Positions 1 through 14,086 of a stretch of DNA of 64,000 nucleotides are shown here, in pieces. The notes under the pieces are model-generated. The model was given only the letters and a program-made list of their open reading frames with translations. It was not told where the DNA came from and ran no database searches. Numbering within the stretch: the first letter of the stretch is position 1; every line of letters starts with the position of its first letter. The stretch spans positions 8,122,001-8,186,000 of the forward strand of contig OZ024743.1 in assembly GCA_964016885.1 (NCBI GenBank), read 5' to 3'. Made by a program: the position numbers and the translations under genes. Source of the DNA: Eledone cirrhosa (Eukaryota).

Positions 1-129
1 GAATGGTAATAGCATTTGTTTTTGTGTTTCTATTTACAACACTTATTTCTGTATGTCACAGTTGCCTTAGCTGATGGATTTTTCTAGATAATCAGTGAAA
101 AGAATTACTGTCGGATAAATTTAAACACA

Positions 130-520
130 GAAGTTGTATGTACGAGTACATTAATATTTGTATTTAGACACACTTTTACATCAATCTACCACCTTACTCT
201 TCACCCCCGACACTGTTGTCCGACCCACACGGTTTTTGACACATTAACAAGTCTTTTAACATACAGCTAAATTTGAAGTGCCCGCTGAGTTCCTTAGCTG
301 TAATAGTAGTGTTAGTTTCAACAGCAGCAGTCAGTGCCTCAGAATCAAGTCCTTTCGGGTGATCTTCTGAAACAGGAAAAGCATCTCTATGTTATTTCAC
401 ACTCTACTCCATCACTCTATGTTCTCTCGTTGGATTTTGCTGCAGCATTTGCATTATTCTTTCTATGAAATTCATGACAAACGTGTTTTTACTTAGAGAA
501 AACCTGAAACCGATTTGGAA
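130..520 (-). pseudogene. Decayed mariner/Tc1 transposase, N-terminal HTH region
   Basis: The minus strand gives 'HEFHRKNNANAAAK' and 'EDHPKGLDSEALTAAVETNTTITAKELSGHF', resembling the mariner N-terminus (EDxPRSGRP..LxAxVExNPxxTxRELA). Broken by stops and frameshifts. Confidence 0.5.
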
Positions 521-604
521 GGTTTTGCTTTAAATAATTTTCACAGAATCTGAAATAGAATGTGATATATTATTCATCGGACATCGGCAGATGTGGGTTA
601 GATG

Positions 605-695
<91 letters not shown>

Positions 696-702
<7 letters not shown>

Positions 703-904
703 ATCAAAAGATGGTTAAAAGAGTTCCATGTATTTTATTATCCCATGATGATATTTGTTTTTGAAATGCGCATAATAAAATACATGGAACTCTTTTAACC
801 ATCTTTTGATCTTATATTATTTATACTCCAGTCTTATAAACTGTTGAGTGCTACTTATCCGATATTTGCATTGCTTTATTGCGCTACAATAAAACTCACC
901 TCCT

Positions 905-905
<1 letters not shown>
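696..905 (+). mobile_element. Fold-back mini-element: 46-bp inverted arms, 30-bp loop, ~88-bp tail, between (TA)n tracts; PLE-like
   Basis: 696-741 is the exact reverse complement of 772-817. The tail 818-905 contains TTGAGTGCT and AATAAA. Microsatellites flank both sides. Confidence 0.75.
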
Positions 906-976
<71 letters not shown>

Positions 977-982
<6 letters not shown>

Positions 983-1138
983 AAGAGGGAGTATCAAGAT
1001 ACCAGGTGGACCATAACGCGCCAGAGTACTCAATACTTAAGGAAGTAGAGTGGGTAATAGGAAAAGATCCGAACTAGATTCGGATCTAGCTGTCGAAACG
1101 ACCGAAGCTCAACCGTCGGGGTCCTGACTCTTTCCCCA
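977..1138 (-). mobile_element. Short (TA)n-embedded element, family B copy 1 (PLE-like 3' tail plus inverted hammerhead 3' half)
   Basis: Shares ACCAGGTGGACCATAACGC..AGTACTCAATACTTA.G..GTAGAGTGGGTAATAGGA with the copies at 27694 and 48980. Contains GAAACGACC..ACCGTC|GGGGTC. Confidence 0.8.
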
Positions 1139-1153
1139 TATATATATATATGT

Positions 1154-1679
<526 letters not shown>

Positions 1680-1681
1680 AT

Positions 1682-1724
<43 letters not shown>

Positions 1725-2002
1725 ACTGGAAGGTAATATCCGTAGTGGTAGAGCACTCAGTCCATGGGACGAGTTAGGTAGAAGTTCATAATGGTCATGG
1801 TTATACGGAATAGGAAGGACAACCGTATGAACGCGTATGCGCAGAAACGGTCACTTCATCCAAGCAATATAAAACCACGGGCGAGAGGTGTAAGGGAGAT
1901 AACTGCGAAAGCCCAAAATTAGTTCTAGATGGTAAGAAAATTAGGATGTTGTGATTCAATCCGGAGCTTTGTAGTTATGTAAGAGGTGTTTCCAGACATG
2001 TG

Positions 2003-2466
2003 GCTAAGAATATGAAGGCCCACATCATCAACAGTCCTAAGAGCAGCACCCCACCAGAGTGCTCTTGCCGAAAGCCTGAAGCTTGTCCCCTTCAACAGCA
2101 ATGCAACACACCCGCTGTAGTTCATAAAGCTGTGGTCACTTCCAACCGACCAAATCAACCGCAGGAGGTAAAATCCTATGTGGGTATGGCGGAGGGCCGA
2201 TTTAAGGAACACTTCCTGAACCATCAGTCGACCTTTAGGTACCCGGAAAAACGATCTTCCACGAAACTCGCGAGCCACGTATGGTCCCTCAAGGACAAAG
2301 TATAGACTACTCCATTCAATGGAGAGCCATCACTAAGTCCAAGCCAAACGCAAGGGGCAATCCGTCTTGTGGACTGTGTATTGATGAACGGATAAATATT
2401 CTAAGGAGATTACGCAATAGCGATTGCCTAAACTCATGAAATGAAATCTTCACACGTTGTCCACAT
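2003..2466 (+). pseudogene. PLE C-terminal GIY-YIG endonuclease fragment (with in-frame stops)
   Basis: CSCRKPEACPLQQQC..VVHKAVV..YVGMAEGRFKEHFLNHQSTF..TKLASHVWSLK*..IQW..CGLCIDERINIL..LNS*NEIFTRCPH matches the Cys-rich linker plus GIY-YIG domain of C-terminal EN+ PLEs. Confidence 0.85.
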
Positions 2467-2672
2467 GTCTGGAAACACCTCTTACATAACTACAAAGCTC
2501 CGGATTGAATAACAACAACATCCTAATTTTCTTATCAACTAGAACTACTTTTCGGACTTTCGCAGTTATCTCCCTTACATCTCTCGCCCATGGTTTTGCA
2601 TTATTTGGGTCAAGTGACCGTTTCTGCGCATGCGCGTTCATACGGTTGTCCTTCCTATTCCGTATAACCATG

Positions 2673-2724
2673 ACCATTATGAGCTGAGGATCCGCTAAGG
2701 TGAAACAATTGTTCTCGGTATGGT
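2673..2724 (+). ncRNA. Type I hammerhead ribozyme motif (intact core)
   Basis: accattatGAG-CTGAGGA-tccgctaaggt-GAA-ACAATTGT-T-CTCggtatggt. Stem I GAG/CTC is extended by ACCAT/ATGGT. Stem III is palindromic (ACAATTGT). Confidence 0.8.
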
Positions 2725-2749
2725 GAACTAACTGTTGTGTTACCACTTC

Positions 2750-2812
<63 letters not shown>

Positions 2813-2820
2813 GTGTGTGT

Positions 2821-3060
2821 TAGGGTAGACAGACGGTTCTCGCCGTTTTTCAAATTTTTTTTTATTGACTTTGGCGTTTTTTTAACGTTAGGAAAATGTT
2901 ACAAGTGAAAATATCATCATTTGCGGTTATCGTCTGCTATTGTTTAGGACGGCACAACATCCCATCACTGTAGAATTCATCTGGCTTCGATGTAAAGAAT
3001 TTCGTCTGCCACTGATTTAACTGGTCTTCATTAGTGAAAGTGATGAATAGTGGGTGGAAG
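2821..3060 (-). pseudogene. Mariner transposase C-terminal remnant with probable terminus
   Basis: FTNEDQLNQWQTKFFTSKPDEFYSDGM matches the mariner C-terminal F..EE...W...FF.SKP.EFY..GI motif. Confidence 0.65.
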
Positions 3061-3455
3061 TTTTGTGTCTGTGTGAAGAAAAGGAGTTTTGTGTGTAAGA
3101 GGTGAAGGGTGAGATCTAGAGTGGAACGAAGTCCAAAGATATTAGGCAAGTGAACTAAGTTTAGTTCTCTCTCTCTCTCTCTTTATATGTACACACACAC
3201 ACACACAGACACACACACACACACACACACACATACACACACCCACACACATATATATATATATATATATATAGTATAAAGAACGAGGAATCAGTGCTGC
3301 ATCAAACCACAATTTATTAACATATTACATATGTTTCTCCGTCGATCAGTTCGAGGCAGGATCTGTTACAGATCGAACCCGACTCTGCTCTGCGCGAGCA
3401 TCGAGTGCTCAACCGGCATACCGCCTACGGGCGCATTTACCTGCAACCCTACACC

Positions 3456-3512
<57 letters not shown>

Positions 3513-3804
3513 ACTAAACTCAGTTCACTTGCCTAATATCTTTGGACTTCGTTCCAGCCTAGATCTCACCCATCACCTCTTACAAACACACAGCCGAGTA
3601 AGGGTTAGCATGTGAAAAGTCCTACTCTAAAGCAGAAGCCTCCCAAATATTATAATTTCCCGACTCTACACCACCGATGTTGTCTAAGGCAAGTGTCGAT
3701 ATTTGAGTCAAACTTAGAACGCAAATGAGTGAAAGAAATCCTGCAATACGTCACGTCACTTTCTTTAACAATTCCACCAGTTCACCACCATCGACTGAGA
3801 CTAT

Positions 3805-3936
3805 ATTTATCGACCCCGAAAGGAAGAAGGGAAAAGTTGACTTTGGCGGGAATTGAACTCAAACATAGAAAGGCGGAACAAATTTTGAAAAGCATTTTAA
3901 TCCGACGCTCTAACGATTTTGCTAATTCGCTGCCTA
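3805..3936 (-). mobile_element. tRNA-head SINE, family S1
   Basis: The reverse complement has A/B-box-like motifs (GAGTTCAATTCC) and the core CCTTTCGGGGTCGATAAAT shared with the other copies. Confidence 0.75.
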
Positions 3937-3957
3937 TTATACTCGCACACACGCACA

Positions 3958-4122
<165 letters not shown>

Positions 4123-6689
4123 CATACTTGTTGGCACGCAAAGATAGTGAGTGTATATGAATGCAAGAGTAGAGATAATTATAGAAACTACCAATAGAGA
4201 AGCCATTTTTGTATGAGAGAATATATGTAACATAGCTTGATAGATCAAAAGGAGATAAACGCTACCTTTGAACTGAGGCAAACAGATGTGGGTGGTCCGG
4301 ATGGAGAATTCATTAGATCAAGACAAATGGAAAATAGTAGAAAAAATTGAAACTTGCCAATATCATAAGAAACAAAACTTCAGCTTTCTCAAATAAATTT
4401 AGATATTATTGATTTTTTAAAAACTTTCGTTTCATCACCATCGATATTATAAGTTTAAAGAACTAATGCAAGCTAACACCTGTTTTCTGTTAGATATTTT
4501 CACTTATAGTTCCTCATTTCGCTACATTATTTAAGTTTTATCAAATACTCTATTTGTTCTACTGGCGACACTCTAGACTAGTCATCTATATGAATGAATG
4601 TGTATATTAAGTTGAATAACTTTGTAAAACTATTACTAAGTCTTACGAATATTTGTACAGATGAAAAGACAACGTAAAAAATGTATTCACTTGTCTATTT
4701 AGTATCAAATGAGTTGTTGAACAATAGTAAAATAAAAAGAAATCTGTTTACTGTATGCACAATTAACAGATTGTATTTTTTGGTTTGCACATATATTAAT
4801 ACCTTTGCGACTAGACTATGTAAGTTTCACTTTGTTGTGTCTGCTATAGACATTCTATTCATGCGAGGGTATAGGATACATAGAAATATGCGTTTATGTT
4901 CTTAGTTATATGAAACATATACATACTTGGTGCAAACCCAGAATCACTGGATTGATTTACCTCTTTAGGATTTTGGACAAACACTCCGTATATCTAAAAA
5001 AGCAGCTTCTAATTTCAGAATAAGTTACCTATACGTTTGAAGATTTAGCAGCTATCAAGATAGAGAAAGTAATCTCTCTTGGAACTGCCTTTATATACAT
5101 TACATCTCGTTTAGATTGATATATCTTCATCGTCAACGAACAGTAGCTAACTTACAAATACGATATGAATGAAAGTAACGGCGGTACCTCCTTATAACTA
5201 GATGCAATAATGACGTTTTTTACGTCTGTAATATCACACTAAAGTGGAACGATTTACTAATTATCAGAAACTCGTATTTATGACTTTAAATATAAGAGTA
5301 TTACCGGATCAATTTAGTTGAAAGAAAATCTACGCAGTGCAAACAGAACTACTATGAAATTACTCTCTGGCGTAAGAAGGAAAGGGCATAATGTTTTGTG
5401 GGAATTAACATTTCTGCTATTTTGAATACCATGTCTAAAGATATGTTGAAGTGTTGTTGTTTTTATTGCGTTATTTATGAAGTCTTTTAGATCCGAAGTG
5501 TTATTTGTTATTCAATCTCGTAGAAATCGTTTCACCAGGGTATGGTCCTGACCATAAAGAGAAATATTACATTTCAATTATGTGTGTCCATGCTTACATA
5601 TCCACATTCGTGTGTAAGTATATGTTTATACATACATATATACGTATATATATGTTTGTGTGTGTGTGTGTGTGCGCGCACGCGTGCGAGTGTCTGTTAT
5701 TATCAATACATACATATATATTTATAAATGAACTCAGAAGTTATTGTTCTAATTAACAAGGTCTTGAGAGGAACGTGTCAGTCGATTGAATCATCTCTAA
5801 TATAAAACTAGGGCTTTCTTTACACCAAAGAACTTTTATCCCTAAAGTCGACCTGACCTCGATTTGAACTCATAATGCAGAGCTCTGTGATCAACTCCTG
5901 CGTTTAGTCTTCCGTTTTTGATAACATCGCTCTTACGCAAGGCAAAATTCTGGAACAATGCTGAGTAAAGTCAAATAAATAGAACTCAGTGAGTTACTAC
6001 TCCTTAGTTGATCGAGCTCTCTTTTCGAACTGGTTATTATATGAACCTCTAAAGGCTGAAAAGTAAAGTCAGTATGAGTGAGATATGAAACTAAGTGTGA
6101 AGTATTTAATCTGGTGCTATACTGTGTTCGTCGCTTGTTGATGATCTATAAATTCAAATATAATAAACTTTGTCGCTTTGTTAACAATCTCGTTGTTCAA
6201 AATAAAGGAAATTGATATTGATAGCTTACAGTTCTGTTTCAAATCATGCTCGAAGATATTGATCATCATATCTGCTGCTAATACATACTAATAAGAGAAT
6301 CTGCCCGATCAGGGTTAAACTTAGGCGGGGAAAAACGATAGTAACATGAGAAGGTTCAAAATTATCCGTTTCATTTCGTTTCCATAAAAATCTCCTTCTT
6401 CACAATTTCAGTGACATTGATACAAATCTATTGACAAAAATAATTCGGCTAATTTAACATACATAAGATAGTTGGCGAAATGTTTACAACCAGGAATCAA
6501 AACCGATATTCATGTCAACTTACTGACCCGCCTTACACGTGTTTTAGCATATTTTCAACTGAGCTCAAATGTAATATATATTAGGGAATGAAACATAAAG
6601 AGTCTGAAATGAGGATCAAATTGTGGCTCATTACTGTACATGACTCACCACCCTTGCTACCTTCTCGTTTCATTGGTATAAGACCACAC

Positions 6690-6855
6690 ATGTTCAGGAG
6701 TGTCAACTGAATCAACTCTCGTGCTTTACTGGAATTTATTTTATAGGACGAAGAAAGGGGAAAGAAAACGAAGAACTGTGGAATTTGAACTCAAGAAGTT
6801 GAGCCGAACGTAGAAATGTTGTTAACCGGCACTCTACCGTTTCTGCTATTTCACA
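6690..6855 (-). mobile_element. Degenerate SINE S1
   Basis: TTTACTGGAATTTATTTTAT..GGAATTTGAACTC..CTCTACCGTTTCTGCTA is collinear with the other S1 copies. Confidence 0.55.
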
Positions 6856-7117
6856 GCCATTTCTCTGAATAAACAATAGTAACATAATAGATAATGCTTC
6901 TACACGTATGAAGTAGTTTCATGCATGTGTGTTTATATGTATATAAACATATGTTCTTCATAGGTAGTCTAGAGTACAGACAATACACATAGCTCTGTAT
7001 AATTGTCTGTCTTACAATCAGATAGCTTAGATTCCGGTTATTCAGAGAGCAACACATGACAAAAGCGCACAGAGATAAACAAATAAATAGAGAGGGGGAG
7101 AAAAGAGAGGAGAGAGA

Positions 7118-7185
<68 letters not shown>

Positions 7186-7315
7186 ACTAGAATAATAGCA
7201 ACAACTCCTGAATATCCCACTTCCTTGCAATGCATATTTCAGAAAAACATGAAAGTCAATCTCATTTCCTTTATCCTATAAATTTGAAAACACATACTAT
7301 ATATATATATATATA

Positions 7316-7527
7316 CTTGATATGTTTTGTATTAGTTAATAAACCAAAATTAGTGTAAGCAGGATAAAGCACTCAACGAAGTATACATGTAGGTCTGTGT
7401 ACTCCGGAATATTGTTATAATAATGAAGTAGAAGGTTAGAATTTATCTCATTCTATTGATTACATAATCCCTGTTATATGTAATTCGATGGTAACTGTTA
7501 TGCAACAGTTAAGACTTCATCAGACAG
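7316..7527 (-). mobile_element. PLE-like 3' end: degenerate hammerhead (7471-7527) plus tail ending in (TA)n
   Basis: Minus strand reads CTGT-CTGATGA-..TAACTGTT gcat AACAGTTA..-GAAT(mutated GAAA)-tacataTA-ACAG. The tail contains GTTGAGTGCTTTATCC. Confidence 0.6.
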
Positions 7528-8053
7528 CTATTACGTGAACAGAAAATTACATGAATAAAAATTACATGAATAAAATAACATGAACAAAAATAAAATGAAC
7601 AAAAATTACTCCTGCGGTTTCCATTCTGTTATATGCCATAGGTGGGTTATTTATGTCAGCAGGGCTTTAGTCTCCTTACCTTGCGATGTTCAGCTCAAAT
7701 TTTTTAAAGGGTTTGAGAAAGCAACGAGAAACTATTCTTAGGAATGTGTATTAAAGAAATCTTCAATGCGGCTTGAAAAACAAATGGATTTTGAGTGATT
7801 ACTTACATAAGAATAGTTTCGCGTGTAAAGTGGTTATATATTTGATAGAACATATGCAATGCAGAATGATCTGAGAATTCATGTACAAAGCTAGAGACAA
7901 AGCAGTTCTGAAAGAGAATGGCATAAGAAAATAATTTTATTCACTTTCTATTGTAAGTTTCGCCCGAAATACACTACATAACTGTTATTTCAAAGCTAGA
8001 TAAATCTCCGCATCTCCCGCCCCCCTCTATCTCTCTCCCCCTCTCTCTCCCTT

Positions 8054-8196
8054 TATATATATATATATGTATATATATGTATATACATATATGTATATGT
8101 AAATATACATATATGTATATGTATATATACATATATGTATATGTATATATACATATATATGTATATGTATATATATATGTGTATATATGTATGTGC

Positions 8197-8282
<86 letters not shown>

Positions 8283-8452
8283 GTATATGTATATATATGC
8301 ATATATATGTATATATTTGTAAATATATATATATTTGTATATATATATGCATATATATATATATGTATATACATATATATATATATGTATATATATATAT
8401 GTATATACATATATATATACATATATATATATATACATATATATATATGTAC

Positions 8453-8537
<85 letters not shown>

Positions 8538-8542
8538 ATATA
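8054..8542. repeat. Long compound (TA)n/(TATG)/(TACA) microsatellite
   Basis: Directly visible; it is the source of the YI-repeat ORFs. Confidence 0.95.
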
Positions 8543-8687
8543 ATGAATACTTATTTAATGCATGCATATATGAAGCTGTATACACACATATTTAGAGAAA
8601 ATATACACATTCAAATCAATACACATACACATCTCTACACAAGTGTTTGTTTATGCGTGTGTGTGTGTGTGTGGGTGTGTAGGTGTG

Positions 8688-8731
<44 letters not shown>

Positions 8732-10113
8732 TGTGCGCGCGCGCGTGTGTTTGCTTCCGTAATTGTATGTTTTTAAGAATTGACTATGCGGAAGGAATGT
8801 GAAATATTGCTTTTAATTTTCCTATATTGGTCTCTGCTTCGTTTTGTTTTGGTTCAATTTAAAATATGTTGATAATTTAAAGATCATGTAACATGTTGAG
8901 AAGTTGAAATGTGCTACTATCGCATCTTTACCATGCTCAGTTGAAGGTGCTGAAGCTGAAGAAGGGGAAGATGCTGAGGGGGTGGCGACGATGTGACCAG
9001 ACAGAATTCCCTTTCAATGGGAAACAGGTGGCTCTAAGTAAACTTTGGGACTATGAATTCTTGTCAGTAAAGGATTCTTGTGATAGAATCCGACAAGCTA
9101 GACAGTAACTAAATTTTCGTATATATTGAGACTTTTCTTTCTTATGTTTTATTTTATCTACAAAAACAACAACGACAACAACACAATATTAGGACAAAAA
9201 CAAATAACAGGACATCAAAAGACTAGAGGAGCTGAAAGAAAATTATAGAAAATAGTGAATTAGGAAGATGTAACTCGTAAAATTGTAAGAGCAGATGGCG
9301 AATATTGTAATAAAAGATAGAAATAAGCCTGAAGGTTTCTTCATATAGCACTGTCGACGTTAATGTAGTTTATAACGGAAGAATGAACTTGAGTAAGTAT
9401 GAAAAGAGGATTGAGTGACAACATAAAATGGCTAGAACAAGTATCAAGTTCTGCCAATCTCAAAAATACTGACCCAACTTTAATATGCTTGCACGTGACC
9501 GTTATTTTTGATCGAGGCAAAAATCATAGAATTTTCTGGTTTGTATTAACTCAATACACTGCGTCTCTATTATTTGACTTAAACAAATAAATAAACACAA
9601 ATATTCGCCAAAATCAACATGTACGCCTGCACATATAAATACACACAAACACCCATGCGTACATATGGAGATGTTTATGCTTGCCTGCTCATATAAATAA
9701 CGCAAAAGACACACACAAACATGCCTACATGTGTAGTGCATTACATACATATATGACTACCAATCTAGGCATAGTTATAAAAACACACATTTAAAGATAT
9801 TAGATTAAAAGAGCAATAAAAACAGCACTCACACATAGCAAATCCTAATTCGCTTCATCTGTTATTCACTTCATAGAAACGCTGCAGTGAAGAGCCTTTT
9901 CATGCTACGAGTTAGCTCACAGACGAAAATACATAGACTGAACAAATGAAAAATACTTTAGATTTTTAGCAAATATGCTAAAATGTTAAAAAACAATCAA
10001 ACAAGTGTGGGAATTATAATTAGGTTTGATATATCTCAAGTTTTTCGGTGGGTGTCATCAATATTTGTAAAATAATTTTACTTTCCGTTTGTTACAATTC
10101 CTTCCGCACACAA

Positions 10114-10227
<114 letters not shown>

Positions 10228-10299
10228 CGGTCGACTGATGAGATGGGACTGTCTGTATTCGTTCATTTTCCTATCTTTGCTCATAATCCACACCATTAA

Positions 10300-10925
10300 C
10301 CTTCTCTTCTCTTCTTTTGCTCGGCACCACTTTGAATACTATTGTCAACTGTGGTCTCCCCACACGAAACAAAGTATTATGAAAATTGAAGCACCTCAAA
10401 GGTCAATCACAAAAAAGATAGACGGCAAGACAGGCTATTGGAGACAAGACAGACTATTGGAGTCGACAAGAAAAGCTCAAACTCTACTCTCTCCAACGCC
10501 GCATGAGGGCTACATTATCTGCATGATGTGGAAAATATTCCACCAGCATTGCCCAAATGATGTTGGCATCATCTATAAAATACACCTAAGGCTTGGGTCC
10601 TGTGCTATTCGCTCACAACAAAAATCAAACTCGCATCTCATAACAACATAACGGCACAATTATTTCACCTCAATTGGTCCAGCTCTCTTTAACATAACAC
10701 TAAAACAACTAACACAGAAACAGAGGCCATAAAATTTAAAAAAGTCTTTGGAAAAATTCCTCCAAGAAATCCTTGATAAACCTTCTACTCCCGGATATGT
10801 CTCCGAAAACAAAAAATCTCAACTTGAGAGGGTCATGTTGTCAAAATCATGATTTGAAAGACTTCGCCAGATGGTACTATTAAGTTAGACATATCCTGGG
10901 TCAACACTGGCTGAAACCTATCAAA
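10300..10925 (+). pseudogene. CR1/L2-type LINE 3' fragment
   Basis: RHHFEYYCQLWSPHTKQSIMKIEAPQRSITKKIDG..LKLYSLQRR..YIICMMWKI matches the CR1 ORF2 C-terminus (RPHLEY...WSP...IE.VQR...L.LYSL.RRR). Confidence 0.8.
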
Positions 10926-11413
10926 TATACACATGTAGATCCCGAGTTTTGTTACAGTTTTCAAGATCGTGTTTTCGTTTTATCTGCTATATAAACCTCC
11001 ACGGTTTTATAATTTGTCTTCGTAGTGTCTTCTGATTATTTACCTTTATGCCAACAAAAGAAACAATTACTATGGCAGAATCTTTGTTCCAATTCCTTAG
11101 GCTCTGGGTTCAAATATTGCCGAGGTCAACTTTGCCATTCATCCTTCTGGGTTCAACAAAATATAGTACCAGTAAGCTTCGCACTTTCTGTCTTTACCTT
11201 AAAAGTCAGTTTGATTTTTTTTCCTTCTTGAAAGTCTGACATACAATATCGTTTTTCCTTTGATGTTGACCCCTTTTATGAGCCATACTATCGATGAAAC
11301 TCTGATTTTGTAAAAATACACATTTCTTTTTAAAAATATGGATGCCAAAACGTGTCATCCTAGTGTTCGTAGTGAAAGAAGGATTTGCAACAAAACAACT
11401 ACGACAACAATAA

Positions 11414-11628
11414 CGATTTCTAATTTAGGCACAAGACAAGCAATTTGAGGGGAGGGTAAAGCCGTTCATATCGACCTCAGTACTTTACTGGTACTTTAAT
11501 TTATCGACCCTCAAAGGTTGAAAGGCAAAATTTACCTCGGCAGGATTTGAACTAAGAACCTAAAGAACCTTAACAAATATTGCTAAGAATTTGTACGGCG
11601 GTCGGGCGATTCTGCCCAACCACCACCT
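11414..11628 (-). mobile_element. SINE S1, near full length
   Basis: TTTCTAATTTAGGCACAAG..ACTGGTACTTTAATTTATCGACCC..GAAAGGCAAA..GGATTTGAACT. Confidence 0.8.
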
Positions 11629-11779
11629 TCACAACAAAAAGGATAACAACAAAAACAGAACCAATAATAGAACAAAAAAAAATTCTTTACCCCGCAATGA
11701 GATGATGGACAAGACAGGCACTCGATAGAAAGCCATTAAAAATAAAATAGTGATATTTTACGCGTAGGATTAATGATCT

Positions 11780-12910
11780 TTCCTGTCGAGGGAGTAAACA
11801 ATAATAAAAAAATAGATCAAATTGAAAATGATTGAAAATGTGGACAGTATTTGTTTACAAGAGAGAGCCATTTGCAGCAGTGAGCAGAAAGCCCTAACAC
11901 TGACCATAACCACATGCACATCCAAGTATTTTGTTATGATTCCATAACGTCTCACCTCATATGGATGAGGTCAGAGTAATGGAAATGGTGGAAGAATACG
12001 AAAAAATATTAAGACTAAATTACCCAGCCCCACAGACACACACCGTATGTGAACGTCCCTGGAATTCCAAGTACTGGTGGCATCGGAGTATATTTTCTGC
12101 CGTCCTGATTATTCTTCTTTCCAAAGTTGTGTGTAAATGTGGCTGCTTCCGAAGTTGGAAAACCAAAATGTTACATTTGTTGTAAATCAAAATACCTCAG
12201 ATTTTTCTACCCCACGCTAGAGAAGAGGAGAGCAGAACTCCACTCTCTGCTGCTTCTACAGACACTTGATTCCTACAAAGAAACCCACAGAAGAACCTCT
12301 CAACTATCAATGTACTCTAAATAGAGACCCGAGAACTAAACCAGGAATGTACATATCTCTCAGATAACGCTTCCTGTATTACGTTGAAGTTCTCAAAATT
12401 ATTCTGGACAAGTTGTTAGAGAGCTGTTTCAATGGTCTCAAAAAATATTATTAGACCAGAATAAGTAAACCTCCCCTCCACCCATCTTCTTGCTAACAAA
12501 GTCATATTTAGAACATGCAATATATTCGTATAATCACGTGACTTGAGGTTCGTATGGAAACTGGGGCACCTGTTCAACAACTTCTGATCACTACTTCTAG
12601 AAATGCTGGCCGTCAGAATATCCAGGACATCTGATACACACTTACTCGCTCTTATTCTAGCCCTCTACGAGGTTTTCAGCTGTAAATTATCCTCAGTTTC
12701 GGGTTGTTGGCTTCTCAGCCAACAGATTTGTGATCTGTAGAGCCAAACTAATTATGACCAATAGAGAGGCTACTGGAAATTGAAATCTTTTTTTCCTACA
12801 CAAAAATATTTCAGGAACCGTATTAGCGAATTAAGTAAGAAGGCAATGACAGAGTCCATTATAGTGGGTTTCACTGTAGAGAAACATTAGAAGAGCATCT
12901 GTTAGAATGA
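11780..12910 (+). pseudogene. Old decayed Tx1-like LINE (ORF1 knuckle and APE remnants)
   Basis: EVGKPKCYICCKSKYLRFF resembles ORF1 EGKRPKCFRCGSKTHLRAF. PQFRVVGFSANRFVIC..GYWKL and RNRISELSKKAMT align to the intact ORF2 (PQFKIVSYTDHKFVTC..GYWKL, RDRISELVKRALT). Confidence 0.6.
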
Positions 12911-13089
12911 AAAAAAAACCCGCAGCATATAGATAAGACATAGCAAATCATATACTAATGGCGGAAATGGCCCTCGGCTATTTTTCCGCGAACCAGGAAG
13001 GATGTGTTTTTCGTGCACTAAAATGCGAGAGCATGAAAATCATTTGATTGGTACGAATGGCAGAGGTGCAACATGACACTATAGTTACA

Positions 13090-13330
13090 GTTTAGTCACT
13101 GGCGGACCACAGCAGATGTATCATATTTGAGGCCAAACATGTGTGTGAGCTTTCTCAACAATTTTTCGAACTGTCTGCGAGGAGTGACAGATTGCAACGG
13201 TGGATTGTAATGCCATCTCAACGATCTACTTCTACTTTCAGTCAATAACGCAGAATTCTATGAAAGGTTGATTTCAGATGATGAAATAGCAGACAACTTT
13301 AGCCGGAATGCAAGGAACAAACAGCACTAA
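13090..13330 (+). pseudogene. Possible hAT transposase C-terminal dimerisation-domain remnant
   Basis: FSNCLRGV..HLNDLLLLSVNN..DEIADNFSR resembles ERxFSxLR..RLNxLLLLSV..DEIxxxF. Confidence 0.35.
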
Positions 13331-13736
13331 TAAATGGTCTCCACTGCAAGCTTTATTATTGTGTACCGTGAATAATGATGGATATAGCGTTGAAATTATT
13401 AATTTGTATAGGATTTATGGACATATGCATAATTATACAAACCAGGAAAAATTTACATTTTGATAAATCAATGGTTTGCATAAAAGAAACCATATAGTTT
13501 ATGTTTATTACTGACACGTGGAAGTTAATAAATGTATATTTGAATAATATATTTACAGGATATAATTACATATATGTTCAACAGGATTAAATGTATGAGG
13601 AACTTTGGAGAAATAGCTATTTGCAGGGGCAAATATAGGGTTAACGCCCAGGACCTTGTGATTGTAAAGCGAACCTATTATGGCAGCACCACGGAGATAG
13701 GAAATGCTGTGGGTATGAAATTAAAATCTTACAGAC

Positions 13737-13793
<57 letters not shown>

Positions 13794-14086
13794 ACGACAT
13801 GTGGTGTATTATTATGATTAATGTCAGACTTGTTCGCTACTGCCTTGACAGTCATCTACAGCATCAAATAGGTTTTTATTTAGTCATTTGGGGTATTGTC
13901 CATTTTCACATCAAATTACTACCAACTGGGCATACCTGTCGCCCCTGTCGGGTCTGTATTCACAGTGGGGTCCACTTATATTCAGAGTGGAGTCCACTTT
14001 ACAACCGATGGTGTGACCTATTATCTCATTTTACAGGTTGCATAATATTCACTCGATGCTAATATTATATAATTTTTGTAATTATG

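Larger units (their letters stand above)
1724..2750 (+). mobile_element. 5'-truncated Penelope-like retroelement with inverted ~220-bp 3' UTR copy
   Basis: 1786-2003 is the reverse complement of 2461-2682 and the two enclose a GIY-YIG ORF remnant. A hammerhead follows at 2673-2724. Flanked by (GA)n and (TA/CA)n. Confidence 0.9.

Noticed and set aside
7974-8776. Long YIYI/CVCV/HTHT/SLSL ORFs here and at 3.7-4.3k, 27.8-28.5k, 48.9-49.5k, 52.6-53.0k, 57-58k and 62.4k
   Set aside because: They are translations of dinucleotide/tetranucleotide microsatellites that lack stop codons, not genes.
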